A stretch of DNA of 64,000 nt. Source: Chrysomallon squamiferum (Eukaryota; Animalia; Mollusca). The notes beneath the pieces are model-generated. The model saw only the letters and a program-made list of their open reading frames with translations. It searched no databases and was not told where the DNA came from. Location: NCBI GenBank assembly GCA_012295275.1, contig CM022679.1, forward strand, positions 1,240,001-1,304,000. The letters are read 5' to 3'. Shown here piece after piece: positions 25,401-39,150 of this stretch (the stretch's first letter is position 1; each line of letters begins with the position of its first letter). The position numbers and the translations under genes were made by a program.

Positions 25401-27643
25401 AAATAATTAGGAACAACATCAATAAAATCAGAATGTATTTACATAAGTAAATGAAAAAGCAATAACTGCCACAGTTTTCTTGTATTTATGTCTGTCTGTC
25501 GTGTTTCTGTCAGACTGATTCAGTGTATTCACCTGTATTTGTGTTCTACAACACTTAACCGCGTTTCTGTTCCTCCTGTCTGCATCTCAGCATCGTTTCA
25601 CAGTGCTGCGCTGCTTACCACATGCCTGTTGCTGTTTACCTTCCACTGCAGTGTCATCACCCCAGCCCACCTGGACACTGTAGACATTTTTGAAAGGTAG
25701 TTTCTGATCAAGCATCAAGTCAGATGTTTAGCCTCGTTAATTTTACCTTGTTTGTTTAAACCCTGTTTACCTAGCAAAGAAAACACATCACATCTTTATT
25801 ACCTCAGAAATCAGTGTGTGTGTGTGTGTGTGTGTTTATATATATAATTTGTTAACCTAGATAACCATAAAGCATTAAACCAATATATATATATATATAT
25901 AAACAAATTGATTAATACTCATGCAGAAATCAAGTCAAAATTTTAGTTTTATTATTATTGTTAGTAGTAGTAGTGGTAGTATAAGTATTAGTATTAGTAT
26001 TGTAATTGTTTTATTATTGTTATTATTATTACTAATAGTGATAGTAGTAGTAGTATTATAAGTATTATTATAAAATACAAAATATCTTTCAAAAGCTGAC
26101 ATTTACTAAGTTAATCAAAGAAAAATATATTTAGATGATTAAATATTGTTTCCCTTTTATTAATGATTAATGCTTTTCCTCAAAAAGGCCATAATTTTTC
26201 ATACTTTTATATCTAATGCATTTGTTAATAACTATTATTTTATATTAACATACATCTTTGAACAAACATATATATAAACTTATACACATACAGACATATA
26301 TACATACAGAAACACACATTCGTGTGTGTGTGTGTGTGTGTACACAAGGATATTTTGTCACAGATTTTGTCAAAAATTTAAAAAATCTCAGTGTATAAGT
26401 GTAATCATATAATAATAAGTTCATAAATCTGTCAGCTACAGTTTTTTTTTTTGGAAGTTGTCAGTTCACTTTTTTTAATATGTATTTATTTTTAATGTGT
26501 ATTTATTTTTAATGTGTACATACTTGTACTGTGTATCTTAGCTACATGCACAGTTTTCATAAACAAACACATTCCTTAAAAATATCTTAAAATTAAATAA
26601 TTAAAATTTATTTCAAACATAAGTAGGTTATATTTTCCTGTGAAGATATAGTTATATTTGATTTAATTTGAATAATGATAACAGGAACAATCACACATAC
26701 TCCAATAACAACAATGATAAAAAGAAGAATATTAATAATAATAATAATAATAATAATAATTAAGTATAAAGAATGTATTTTGTAGCTCAAAATACAAAAA
26801 CTACACAAATTATTTTTGATATATTTATGTGCCAGTATGTAATTTGATAAAATGTATGATTAGATTTTTTGAAAACAACAAAAGAAAACAAAAGAAACAG
26901 AACAAATTATTGTGTTTGGTAATTTGAGACTAAGCTAGAAATACACCGATTCAGTTTTCAAATAAAAAAACTGGAAAATATTGGTCACAGTTATACTAAA
27001 GTTACATTTAATCTAATTTTGTTATTATTGTTATTAATAATAATAATAACAATAATAATAATAATTCTTTTTTAATTTTATTATGATTATGATTATTACT
27101 ATTAAAACCTATTTTTAAAACATTCTTTATATATCTATTTTTAAAAACACTATTAATACACCTACTTTTAAAACATTTCTGTAGATTTGAAAACAATTTT
27201 ACCTGGAGTTTTGTGTTGTTCAGATCTACAGGTAAAAAAAAAAAATTAATTTGGGGTATACACAGGGAATGACCTGTATATGTCAGTATTGACACAAAGT
27301 TCTCTGGGTTTAGTTCTGCTGTGCTGGACAAGTTTGGGCGTGTTACTCAGATCAAAACCAAGAACAGTTATCTGTACAAAACATTCTCAACTTCGAAATT
27401 AAATTTTAGTTTTACTCCACTTTTGTTCAAGTTGCTGGTAGAATATTAGTGATATATCTGCTGTATGTTACAGTGATAGTTAGCTGTATGTAACTGTTAG
27501 GATTCAGTTCCTGTGTGTTACAGTGGAATGTACTATACAGTGGAGAGTAACTATTTTAAAGTATTTTATTCGTGTGGTATACTTCATATGTCACAGAGGA
27601 AACCACAAACATAACTTTTGTTATAATGGAGTGTACGCTGTTA

Positions 27644-27745
27644 TACACTGTGTGTGTGATATAACAGTTACATGTTACACTGTGTGTGTGATATAACAGT
27701 TACATGTTACACTGTGTGTGTGATGTAACAGTTACATGTTACACT
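27644..27745 (+). repeat. 32-bp tandem repeat x3
   Basis: TACACTGTGTGTGTGATATAACAGTTACATGT period 32. Confidence 0.9.
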
Positions 27746-28001
27746 GGGATATTAAGCTGTGACATCAAGTTATTTAGTTATATTCAGTAACAGTGAAATT
27801 ATAAACAGATCAGTGACAAATGATTATTTGGTTGCATGGTAAGTAAATATATTTATACATGTATATGTATAAATGTGTATGTATAAATGTGTATGTATAA
27901 ATATGTATGTATAAATGTGTGAATGAGTGTGTGCTGTAATTTATTTTATACCTAATCAAAATGCAGGTTGTGATACCTGTCATTATTATTACTATTACTA
28001 C

Positions 28002-28064
<63 letters not shown>

Positions 28065-28938
28065 GATTATTATATTATTTGTATTATTATTATTATTGTT
28101 ATTGTTATTATTATTATATTATTATTATTTGTAATATTATTATTATTATTATGACAGCAAGAGAAAGAATGTATGCGTCTGTACCTCTGTGTGTATGTAT
28201 GTGTCTGTACCTCTGTGTGTATGTATGTGTGTATATCTGTGTGTATGTCTGTATATCTGTGTGTATGTATGTGTGTATATCTGTAGATGTGTTTACCTCT
28301 GTGTTATGTCTGTGTATATCTGTGTTATGTATGTGTGTATATCAGTTTTGTATGTATATATCTAGGTTTCTGTATATCTGTGTTTTTTGTTTTTGTCTGT
28401 ATAATTTTTGTATTAGGTTTCTAGTTTTTTTTGCTTTACTATAATTTACTACCAGCTGAAATCTAAATTCTGATCTGACCTGCTTTCTCACTTCTTTCTT
28501 AAAAACCTGTCTAGTTTTCTCTGTTACCTCTATATCTCTCTTAAGTACCATTTCTTCAGAATTCTCTTCAATATTTACTCTGTTAATGTCTCACATATGG
28601 GGCTGATAAATGGGGGAGACATAAGGGTGTGTGGGGGGTAATTATGTTGTTTTGTGGATTTTGATTTATGACTATTGTTAAGGTGCTTAGTGTTTTGTAA
28701 ACAGTGAGTATTGTAAATTCGACCTGGTCAAATTGGTATGAATAGAACCAATGAGGGCTGTAATAAACTTGCAGTTCAGTGAGTACAGTAACTCAATATA
28801 GTTACTCACCCGTAGGGTTGTGGTTACTCACCTGTATCGCCATGGTTACTCACCTGTAACAAGGTGAGTTTTTTAGTGTATAAACAGTACACAGAATCTG
28901 TACTGATATCAGTTTTATTTTATTAACTGTCAGTTGAT

Positions 28939-29016
<78 letters not shown>

Positions 29017-29252
29017 ATTTCTCTCTTGCTCTTTTTCTATTATTTCTATATCCATTTCTGTCTAAGTCTCTCATTTTGTTTCTCTCTTTGTGTCTGCATC
29101 TTTCTTTTCTGTGTTTGCTTTTGTTCACTTTTTCTTTTTTCTCAACCGAATTTTATCTCAGAAATTAAATCCTTTTTTTCTTAACCCAGTTTATTTCTAA
29201 TATTTGTTTTACATATCAACTTTAATCTATCAAACTTAACTCTATTTTGAAT

Positions 29253-29287
<35 letters not shown>

Positions 29288-30654
29288 TTACTACTACTAC
29301 TTATATTATTATTGTTATTGTTATTATTATCCTCATCATTATTAATGTTATTATTAATACTTTTTTAATTTTTATTATTATTTTTATTTCTATTATTACT
29401 ACTATGAATATTATGATGATATCTATTATTATCATCATTCTCATCATTATGATAATCTTTAACTATCTCACAGTCCATATGTTATCTCACAAATCAAACT
29501 CAGCTCACAAAGTGATATTCCATGTTTTATCTCACACTGTTAATCAATAAACAGTTTCACTAAGTAGCTGATGTTTTCAAACACTCATTTGTTTCATTCA
29601 GAACAGAACTCTGCAGACGCCGTTGTGCCACATTAGCCGATGCTGAGCTGAGTGGTAGCCATATGTCATGATGTTAAGAAACATTTTCTCCAGTCTTTGC
29701 TTTGATGTTGAGAAATTTCTCTGCAGAGTTTCTCATTGTTTTTTATTGAGTGACAAACTTGGAAGCGGCTATTTCTGTACATCTGGGCTAATGCCACCAT
29801 AATGAGATAATAGAAGATATTTTTGGCTCTGACAAAAGAAGAACAATGAGATTATTTTTAAACACTGGTGATGTTATTTTTGTAATCTGTTAATCGATAA
29901 GAAAGATATTTTATATCTTTGTGTGTCCGTATCTGTGTCTGTACATCCGTACAAATGTCTGTCCACATTTTATGAGGAATCGTCTGATTATGTGCGAGGA
30001 TTGTTTTAGAAAACTGTAAACTTTAATCTGAGTACTAATGATTAATCAGTTTGCACTCACTGGAATATTTCCCGTTCCAAACAGTACTCTGTGAGCACTC
30101 ATCAAAGAAATGTCTTTCTAAATGTAGATGATCATTAATGGATCTTTATTAATGACAGGCAAATGTGGAGAGTTTTCTCTGAAGTCTGCACTAGAAACAT
30201 CACAAGCTGATTTTAGAAAATTAATCAGCATGTTCTGATGGTGTCACTGAACTTACCTAATTACCTGTTCAAAAACATCAAACCATGTTGAGTTACTCAG
30301 TGTAGTTACTGCATCTACCTGCACCCCCACCCCACCCATTTACACCCCCCAAAATATCTCCAAAAATTGCAGTCAACAACAGTAATAATGCCATTATTCT
30401 TCACCAAGTCATACTGTGTGAAAATAATATCAGGTATTCCTTTCAAAAAGTCAGTCAGTCCCCACAGCATTAATTCTCCATCCATTATTTTACTGTCAGA
30501 ATATTACTGAATGTTACTAAATATTACAAAATATTACAAAATTTTACTATTACCAAATATTACAAAGTTACACAAAATATTAGAAACTGTTCCACCTAAA
30601 ACCAATAAGTTAGTAAATCCAGCTTCACTCGCAAAATGTAAAACATAGAATTAA

Positions 30655-31080
30655 ATCTGTCTGTAGTTTTATCAGTGTGTCTGTAGTTCTGGCTGTCTGT
30701 CTGTATTGTCAGTATACAGTTTACTCAGATAAAAGATAGAATCCAGTGTCTGTAGTTCTGTCAGTCTGTCTGTAGTTGTCAGTCTACAGTTTACACAGAG
30801 ATAAAGGATAGAATTCAGTGTGTCTAGTTCTGTCAGTGTGACTAGTTCTGTCAGTGTGACTAGTTCTGTCAGTGTGTCTGTAGTTTTATCAGTGTGTCTG
30901 TAGTTCTGTCAGGCTGTCTGTAGTTGTCAGTCTACAGTTTACACAGAGATAAAGGATAGAATTCAGTGTGTCTAGTTCTGTCAGTGTGACTAGTTCTGTC
31001 AGTGTGACTAGTTCTGTCAGTGTGTCTGTAGTTCTGTCAGAGTGTCTGTAGCTGTCAGTCTGCAGTTTGCACACAGATAC
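30655..31080 (+). repeat. Nested tandem repeat (~17-19-bp TAGTTCTGTCAGTGTG subunits within a ~148-bp duplication)
   Basis: AGTCTACAGTTTACACAGAGATAAAGGATAGAATTCAG at 30781 and 30929, degenerate copy at 30711. Confidence 0.85.
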
Positions 31081-31736
31081 AGGGGGGTGTAAAACTGGCT
31101 GAGTGCCGCGTGTACAAGTGATTTCTGTGAGCTGTTCACTGGAGGAGAGAGAGAGTTTTATTGCTTGTACCTGTCTCATTCACGTGTAACCTGCCAGCAG
31201 CACAACACGCTTCATCTTGTCTCTCCACTGTTGCTGTTGTTGATGCTTTTTGAAGATGATGTTGCTGCTGTTTTTGTGAAAGATGTTGCAGTTGTTTTTA
31301 TGAAGGATGTTGTTGTTGATGATGCTATTATTTATTACTTAGAATAAGAATTTTATGAAGATATTTTCTTTGGATATTAAAGTTAATGTCAGGTTGGTGT
31401 TACAGTTAATTAATTAACTGGGGTTTTAATTTCAAGTTAGTTTCATTTTTATCAGTTTTGTTTTAATTTTTTTTTAATTATATTTATTGACTTGTTTATT
31501 TTATGTGACTTCACTGGACATATGATTTTATATACTTTGTTATATAATAACTTTATTAACATTAATTAATATCATTGCTATTATAATGTTTTTTGCTTAT
31601 AATGTTCATACAAATGTTATGGGTATGTTATTGTTATTACTAATATATTGTATTATAAAAGTTAATACTACTATTAGTGTTAAAACTTGTTGTTATAAAT
31701 ACATTTTTGTTTATTAATCTCTTAATTTTCATTTTT

Positions 31737-31775
<39 letters not shown>

Positions 31776-31789
31776 TTTTTGTTTTTCAG

Positions 31790-31821
31790 ACAATGGTGAA
31801 AGGGCCGGACAATGACAGATG
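31790..31821 (+). CDS. ANKFN1: ANKFN1-like 32-nt small exon (TMVKGPDNDR-C)
   Basis: Long T-rich tract + tttttcag|, donor TG|GTGAGT; phase 0-2 is exactly what is needed to bridge exon 22025 to exon 45108. Confidence 0.8.
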
Positions 31822-31897
31822 GTGAGTAGCTCATGAATATTCATTTTATTTTAATTCAAATTCATTTACCAAAACACAATTCTGACATTATTCTTAC

Positions 31898-31965
<68 letters not shown>

Positions 31966-32869
31966 AAATCAATAATATATAACATGAAAATTTTATAATA
32001 AATATTTCTCAACTATATCAGTTGAAAAATATTGAAAATTATTTTTTCTATTAAGTCTATTCTTTAGTGCCCTGATAATTTATTATTAATTAAATTTTTG
32101 ATATCATTGAAAAAAAAATGTCTGACTTGTGTTTGGATACTACAATCAGTACAACTGATTCTGTAATAACAGACAGCATGACACTGTGTCAGTGTATACT
32201 GATTTATTACACTGCACCATGTGGGATATTTTCTATATAACACAGAGCAGAAAAACATGAATTTTTATAAAGCATTGTTTGTAATTTGATTCTGTATTAG
32301 TCATTGTAGCTTTGATTGTTGTGAATAAGTGAATCAGAAATACGTGATTACATTATCTGTTTATCATCAGCAAGTGAATAATAAATTATTAAATACTTAT
32401 TTATTTTTGATAAATGAATAGTTTGATAAATATTTGTTATTGTGAATATGTGAGTAGATAAATAAATACTTGAATAACATCATACTTATAATTAATATTA
32501 ATGACAATTGTGTGTTATTTTGTTACTGAGGGTATCAGATAGGAAACCTGACAACTGAAAGTTCAGTTTGTGTAAATATATTGTTACAAGAAGATAATTT
32601 AATATGTTCAGTTATCATTTGTCAAGGATTATATTTCTGCAAATTTCAGAAATGAAAGATTAAGCCACAAAAGTATATAATTATGTATGTTAAGCCACAC
32701 TAACATTAAGACATTATATATATATATATATCACATTTTAATGTTAGTAATTTTGCAATTTAAGTCAGGTTTTTGTAAATTTGATGAAATGAAATAACCA
32801 TGGACCTGTGTCTGTGTTTGCTGAACAGTATGGAGATAATACATAACAAACTTTGATCTGATAAGAAAA

Positions 32870-33185
32870 CATCTCTAGTTGAACATCCACTCAGAGTATG
32901 GTGGGTCCTCAGATCAATCCCTCTTGGTAGACCCATTAAACCATTTCTCATTCCAACCAGTGCTCTGTAACCTGTGTAACCTGTTATGTGTGATCCTGTG
33001 TATGGGATGGTATATATAAAAATCACTTGCTGCTAAGGAGAAGTAGTAACCTGTGAAATGTTGTAGGTTTCTTATCTTGTTATCTGAGTGATCATGAATC
33101 ACACATCTCTGTGTGTCCATCAGTCCATAACTGTAAGGAAAATGTGTTAGAACTTAGTCACTGAATGAAACATTTCATTCATCAT
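32870..33185 (+). mobile_element. Degenerate near-full-length tRNA-derived SINE (Deu/Nin-domain-like core)
   Basis: tRNA-like head (GGTCCTCAGATCAATCCC B-box-like), TTCCAACCAGTGCTC, core ATCCTGTGTATGGGATGGTATATATAAAAATCACTTGCTGCTAA, tail AAATGTGTT...AAACATTTCATTC; matches from memory an abundant gastropod SINE; related fragments elsewhere in window. Confidence 0.7.
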
Positions 33186-34301
33186 TTTCCTTGAAAACTA
33201 TCCAAGCATGCCTGCTGTGGACACAACTACTTCTTTTCAAAAGAGTTAATTGGAAATTACAACTATCTCTGTTGATTAATTACCTCACTGAACAGCAAAC
33301 AACCTGAGTGGAAGGTGAGATTAGGATAATTAACTTACCTGTGCTACCTGGCGTTAAGAACAGTTGAACAGCAGATCTGCTCATTCACCTCAGCTTACTG
33401 CTAATCCAGTTAGTGAGCTGACAGAGCTGAATGTCTTACCACACAAACTTTAGAGATTAGTTAACCAGCTAACTAATAATCCAATTAGAACAAAAATCTT
33501 AAACACAACGTATCAGCTTTTTTTAATTAGCTAATTAACGTGTCTGCACTGTTTTATTTGGTGGTGGTGTATCCACAGCAACAACAGTGCAAATAGTCAC
33601 ACAGTAAATAAAAGTGCATAGCTGAGAACATCTTTAAGAGGTTAGTTGGTTTTTGGTTTCATTTCTTTTTAATAGGTTTTAATATTTCCTATTCATTTCT
33701 AATGTTGATTTTTTTTTCTTTTGCCTGTTTTCCTCAAACTGTTTTGTTATATAGTGTAAATTGTTACAAGTACATTGTATAACCTTTTCATATTAGATTG
33801 TAAAATATAACATTTTTGTTATTACCTAATACTAAATTGTGTCTGTGTTTGTCAGTGTGTGTATGTGTGTCACAAATGTATATTGATGTACATACAAATA
33901 CATATATATTTCTATACATTGTACATGTATTCATACGATTATGCTAGTATTCAGTGTAAGTATGCACACACACAACTATCATGGAAAAGACATAATATTA
34001 AGTCAGTGAGTGACAAGTATTACACTGTATAACTACATGTGTTTAATAAAACAGTGTATAACAGAACACTGTATTAGAATGTTCTCACAAAACTTAGTTG
34101 AAGCACGTTTTTGTGAAACTCAGTTTCTGCTGTACACTGTAAACTATTGTTCAGGGAGAATTGTATTGTCATAAAAATATTTCAAACATACATGTAAAAT
34201 TATTTTTAAATTTGAGCTGTTCCACTCTTTCAGTGTGGTAATCAAAACTTTATTTAGATATTTAACATACAGATAATATTACATCCTTCCATAATATAGA
34301 T

Positions 34302-34346
<45 letters not shown>

Positions 34347-34753
34347 ATGTATATATGGGAGAGAAAGAGAGGGAGAGATTATAGATATTAAATATAATTA
34401 TACTCCGTTTTTTTTTTTTCTTGTATTTTTTCTCTTATTTTTATTTTATTTTACCAAAACAACAACATGAGAATTAAAATATACTGTCACTGTTTTCTAG
34501 ATTTTTCAATACCAGTACTGGCTGGGGTTTTTCATTTTGAACCATGAATAAACGGGTGCAGTGGCATGCATGCATGACCGCACACTGTAAAATAAATTGT
34601 GTATTAAAAATGAGAAGACAAATCTGTGAATTAGTATGTTTGTCAGGATATGTTCACTGTGTGGGGTGTAATACCTCTCATATTAACATACTCTGTTTTT
34701 AATGTGTCAGTGACATTCAGTTTGTCATCTGTTCTACAAGAAATCTCCCCAGT

Positions 34754-34862
34754 TGTGACAGTCTGTGATAATCTGTGACAAGTATGTGACAGTCTGTGAT
34801 AATCTGTGACAAGTATGTGACAGTCTGTGATAATCTGTGACAAGTATGTGACAGTCTATGAC
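34754..34862 (+). repeat. 31-bp tandem repeat x3.5
   Basis: TGTGACAGTCTGTGATAATCTGTGACAAGTA period 31. Confidence 0.9.
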
Positions 34863-35858
34863 TGACAGTGGTAATACAGCAGATTTAAACTTGTAAAGTA
34901 TACCTGTCTCTGCCTCTCATTTACTTAAGTGATTTGTTTTACATATCTGATTAATATATTATTTTTGTCAAACTGTCAGTGTCTATCTCTCTGTCAACCT
35001 ACCTATCTGTCTGTATAGAATTCATATCTTAGTGTGTTTTGTATGTATGTATATATATCAGAAAATGTTATGTTCTTAAGCTTGTAAAACCTGCAGTATT
35101 ATTTAGGTATTAGAGTGTATTGTGTTAGCATATAAAAATACGTGTATATTTAGCTATGTATGTGTGTATATATATCAATATATATAACATTATTTATGAC
35201 TTTATACATGTATGTGAATATCTGCAGGTATTTATGTATTTGAGTATATCAGTTTATAACACACCATCTCTGTGTCCATATGTATGTATGATGTATGTGT
35301 GTATGCATTTGTATATGTCAGTATATAACACTGTCTCTCTTTATATGTATATATATGTGTATAGTATTTCAGATAAAAGACAGATCTCTCTCTGTGTATG
35401 TATATGAATGTTTTACACATGTGTCTCTCTCTGTGAATGTCTAATATTTGAGATATTGTTTTTATGTTAAGTCTGTGCTTGCTAAATGATCTGTGATAAG
35501 AAAGAGAATGTACAAATCTCTCTCATCTTTTCTCTTTGATCTCTCTCTGTGAGATTCTTTCTCCTCACTGTGTTATCTGCCTCGCTCTGACAATAATTAG
35601 CTAGGAGAAAGTACAGTGGGGGGTAGGAGGGGGGTGACAGGGTCGGTCAGTCCTCCCATCAAACCCTCGATAAAAGACTTCTTCATTTTTGTTTGGTATA
35701 AAAAGTGCATGTCTAGTGATTATGATGAAATAGCGTAAATGTGTTCTGTATACTTCCAAGTTTTGTTTTGTTTTGTTTTTTATTTATGTTATGTTATGTT
35801 ATATCATTTTATTTTATTTTATTTCTTATTTATTTAAATTTATTTTTTTATTTTTTTA

Positions 35859-35934
<76 letters not shown>

Positions 35935-36318
35935 ATTATTATTATTATTTATGGATTTCTCTTTATTATATTATTATTATTATTATTTTGGTGTCCAAAA
36001 TGAATTATTAATAACAAAGTTCTAAAAAAAACATTTATCTCTTTTACACTCAGTATGAATTGTTTTACTATGAATCAGGTAAATTTTGACTTCACAAACC
36101 TACAGAATGACAACCCCTGGAAGTATGTTTAGATCAGCCCTGTCTGCTCATCATGTATATATATATATATATATATAAAAATGTTTTTTGCTAATTCCTG
36201 GTGGGTGATCTGAGTTGTATTTTCGTTTTGCTTTCGCGTGTAGGCCGTTTGAAGAAAATTCATCTGTTTTTCGTTTAATTACATGAAACATTTTTGAACA
36301 CAGAGCGAGTGATTAGCC

Positions 36319-36383
36319 ATGTTTGAGAAACATCTGGTTAATGATGGAGAAAAGGTCTGTGAGATTATTCTGAGTAAAAATAA
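36319..36383 (+). CDS. Possible alternative first coding exon B (MFEKHLVNDGEKVCEIILSKN-N)
   Basis: gccATG, 21 open codons, AA|GTATGA donor, phase 2 fits exon 45108; CpG-rich leader 36220-36310. Short, so could be chance. Confidence 0.3.
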
Positions 36384-37091
36384 GTATGACATCCCCCACA
36401 GAAAACATAAAACACTTATTTCCTGACTCACACACTGGCGCTGGCTTTGATGTTCAGGTTCAATAAAGTAAAACATGGTTAATGAAATATAGCAGATTAA
36501 TACAGTGTAAAACTGACTCTACACCAACTTAGTAGCATAAAGAACTTTGTTTTTATTTCACTTTTATAGTTTTATTCTATTTTGGGGGGTTTCTTTCTTT
36601 CTTTCTTTTTTATTTATTTATTTATTTATTTATTTGTTGTTGTTGTTGTTGTTGTTGTTGTATTGTTTTTTGTTGTTGTTGTTGTTATTATTATTATTTT
36701 ACTTATTCTATTTTTTTTATCACTTTATCTATTCATTTTTATTATTTTATTTTATTTTATTTTATTATTTTTTGTTTCATAGAAATTCAAAATATTTGTT
36801 CATTTTCATGTTTTTCATATATATATAATGAAATGTACATTTTTACAAACAATTTTAGCATAATATACAAACATTAGTCAAAATATTTCTAAACAACAAA
36901 ATTCAACAAAAACATGTACATCTGTCTGTCTGTCTGTGTGACAGTACTCTGTTTACATACTCTGACAGTTAATTCAGTTCTAAATGATTTTCTATACAAA
37001 CAACAGGTCACAGCAATTAATTAATGAATATTCATACTCAGGTAATTAGGTAATTTTCTACAGGTGAGCTTTTGATTATATATTTATGTAA

Positions 37092-37520
37092 AGTGGAACC
37101 TTTGTAATGTGACCACTTAGAATTAAGATCAAAGGAATATAAAAGTGGTTGCATTAGTGAGGTACTTACTATTTTGTTATAAATAGTTTCACCTGTTCTG
37201 TAAATGTAAACTTTGTTTATGTTTTTACCAGAATAAATTCACTCTGTAAATGAGATTAATTACATTAGTTTAGGAGGAAGACAAAATTATTGACCACTGA
37301 CTGGAATCCATGGTGGTCATATTTCTGAGGTTTTTTTAACCAAAATCAGTAGATTTTTTTTATTATTATCTGCTTCTAAGCAGTGGTCATCTAAGTTGAA
37401 TGGTCATTAAAGCAGTGGTCATTTTAGCAGAATGGTTACCTCATTAGAGTGGTCATCTAAGCCGAATGCTAATAAATAATAATACCAGTAGGCTGGTCAT
37501 CTAGACATAGCATTCACTAA
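37092..37520. mobile_element. Possible decayed non-autonomous DNA transposon/MITE
   Basis: Starts AGTGGAACC..GTGACCAC; other end has several GTGGTCAT copies (inverse of GACCAC), typical of subterminal repeats; TIR/TSD not cleanly recoverable. Confidence 0.35.
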
Positions 37521-37998
37521 CTAATATATGTAATTAGTATTTATCTGATAAGTATTTAAGTATAATGTTATCTGTATAATCAGTATACAACATGGAGAGT
37601 TGTTATTTTTTAATATTTTTTTTTATCCTAATATATTAACAAACTGACATATTACTCATGTTTATGTATCAGCAGTTATTAACTAGCTTTGATTTAAGAT
37701 ATTCTACTTCAGTGTAATTAATCAGGTTTAATCAGAAGCACATTACCTGTAATTAATTAGATTTGAGAAGCTTTTTGAAGCCAGTCTCTTTCAGCTGCCA
37801 GACTCACCAGTGCTGTAAACATGAAAGAGAAGATAAGAAACCAGACACAGCTCTACCCAGTAACTCATACATCATCATTCATCTCTGTATCATTACCTCT
37901 CACTTTTTAAATTTACCTCTCACTTACATTACTCTCTCTCTCTTCTTTTTTCTGTATTCTTTTTCACGTTCCTCTTTTTGTAACCTTTCTTTTCTCTT

Positions 37999-38068
<70 letters not shown>

Positions 38069-38112
38069 TTTTTCTGTATTCTTTTTCACTTTCCTCTTTT
38101 TGTAACCTTTCT

Positions 38113-38281
<169 letters not shown>

Positions 38282-38534
38282 ACAAAACACACAGTGTATT
38301 TTACTCTGAGGTGGGTCTGATTGCTAAAGACATTTCAGTCTAAACTTAGATCTCTTCACTGCTTGTTTATCACCATGGCTCATTGCAGAGTCACTGTCCA
38401 GAACGGGAAAAAACTACCAGTCTGAGTTAACACTTTGATGTTCACAGTGTCTATAATTAGTTAATTAGTTTTCCTGATTTAGCACCTGTGTGTCTGCTAC
38501 ACAGCTGTTTCTAATACAGCACCTCTCCATACAT

Positions 38535-39150
38535 CTTATCTGTGTTCTCTATAACATACAAAGTGTGTTGTGTTCTTTGTAACAGTATACATCAGTTACC
38601 TGTGTCTCTATAACATACAAAGTGTGTTGTGTTCTTTGTAACAGTATACATCAGTTACCTGTGTCTCTATAACATACAAAGTGTGTTGTGTTCTTTGTAA
38701 CAGTATACATCAGTTACCTGTGTCTCTATAACATATACAAAGTGTATTCTATAGCATTATACATATCTGTTCTCTATAATGTACAAAGTATGTTGTGTTC
38801 TGTTCTCTATAACATTAAATACAAAGTGTGTTCTGTTCTCTCTAACATATTTCATTTACCTGTGTTCTCTATAACAGTATACTTCACATATCTGGATTCT
38901 CTATAAGATTAAATACAAAGTGTGTTCTGTATTTTCTATAACATTATACATCATTTATTTTTGTTCTCTATAACATACAAAGTGTTTTCTTTTTCTATAA
39001 CATAAATCATTTGTGTGTTTTATATAACATACATAATTTATTTGCTCTCTGTAGCATTATACATTATTTATGTGTGCTCTATAAAATTGTACATCATTTA
39101 TGTATGTTCTCTATAACATTATAAACAAATATGTTCTGTTCTGTATAACA
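38535..39150 (+). repeat. 59-bp tandem repeat x3 decaying into ~30-bp TGTTCTCTATAACAT subunits
   Basis: Direct reading; period 59 at 38601/38660. Confidence 0.85.

Noticed and set aside
25488-25700. ORF MSVCRV...DIFER with AAG|GTAGTT donor in a CpG-richer patch
   Set aside because: Phase does not fit the next exon (31790), peptide not protein-like; could still be a non-coding 5' exon or enhancer but unsupported.
35617-35647. G-run cluster (possible G-quadruplex); similar at 4582-4640 and 28600-28640
   Set aside because: Irregular G-tracts, likely remnants of old repeats; no supporting context.
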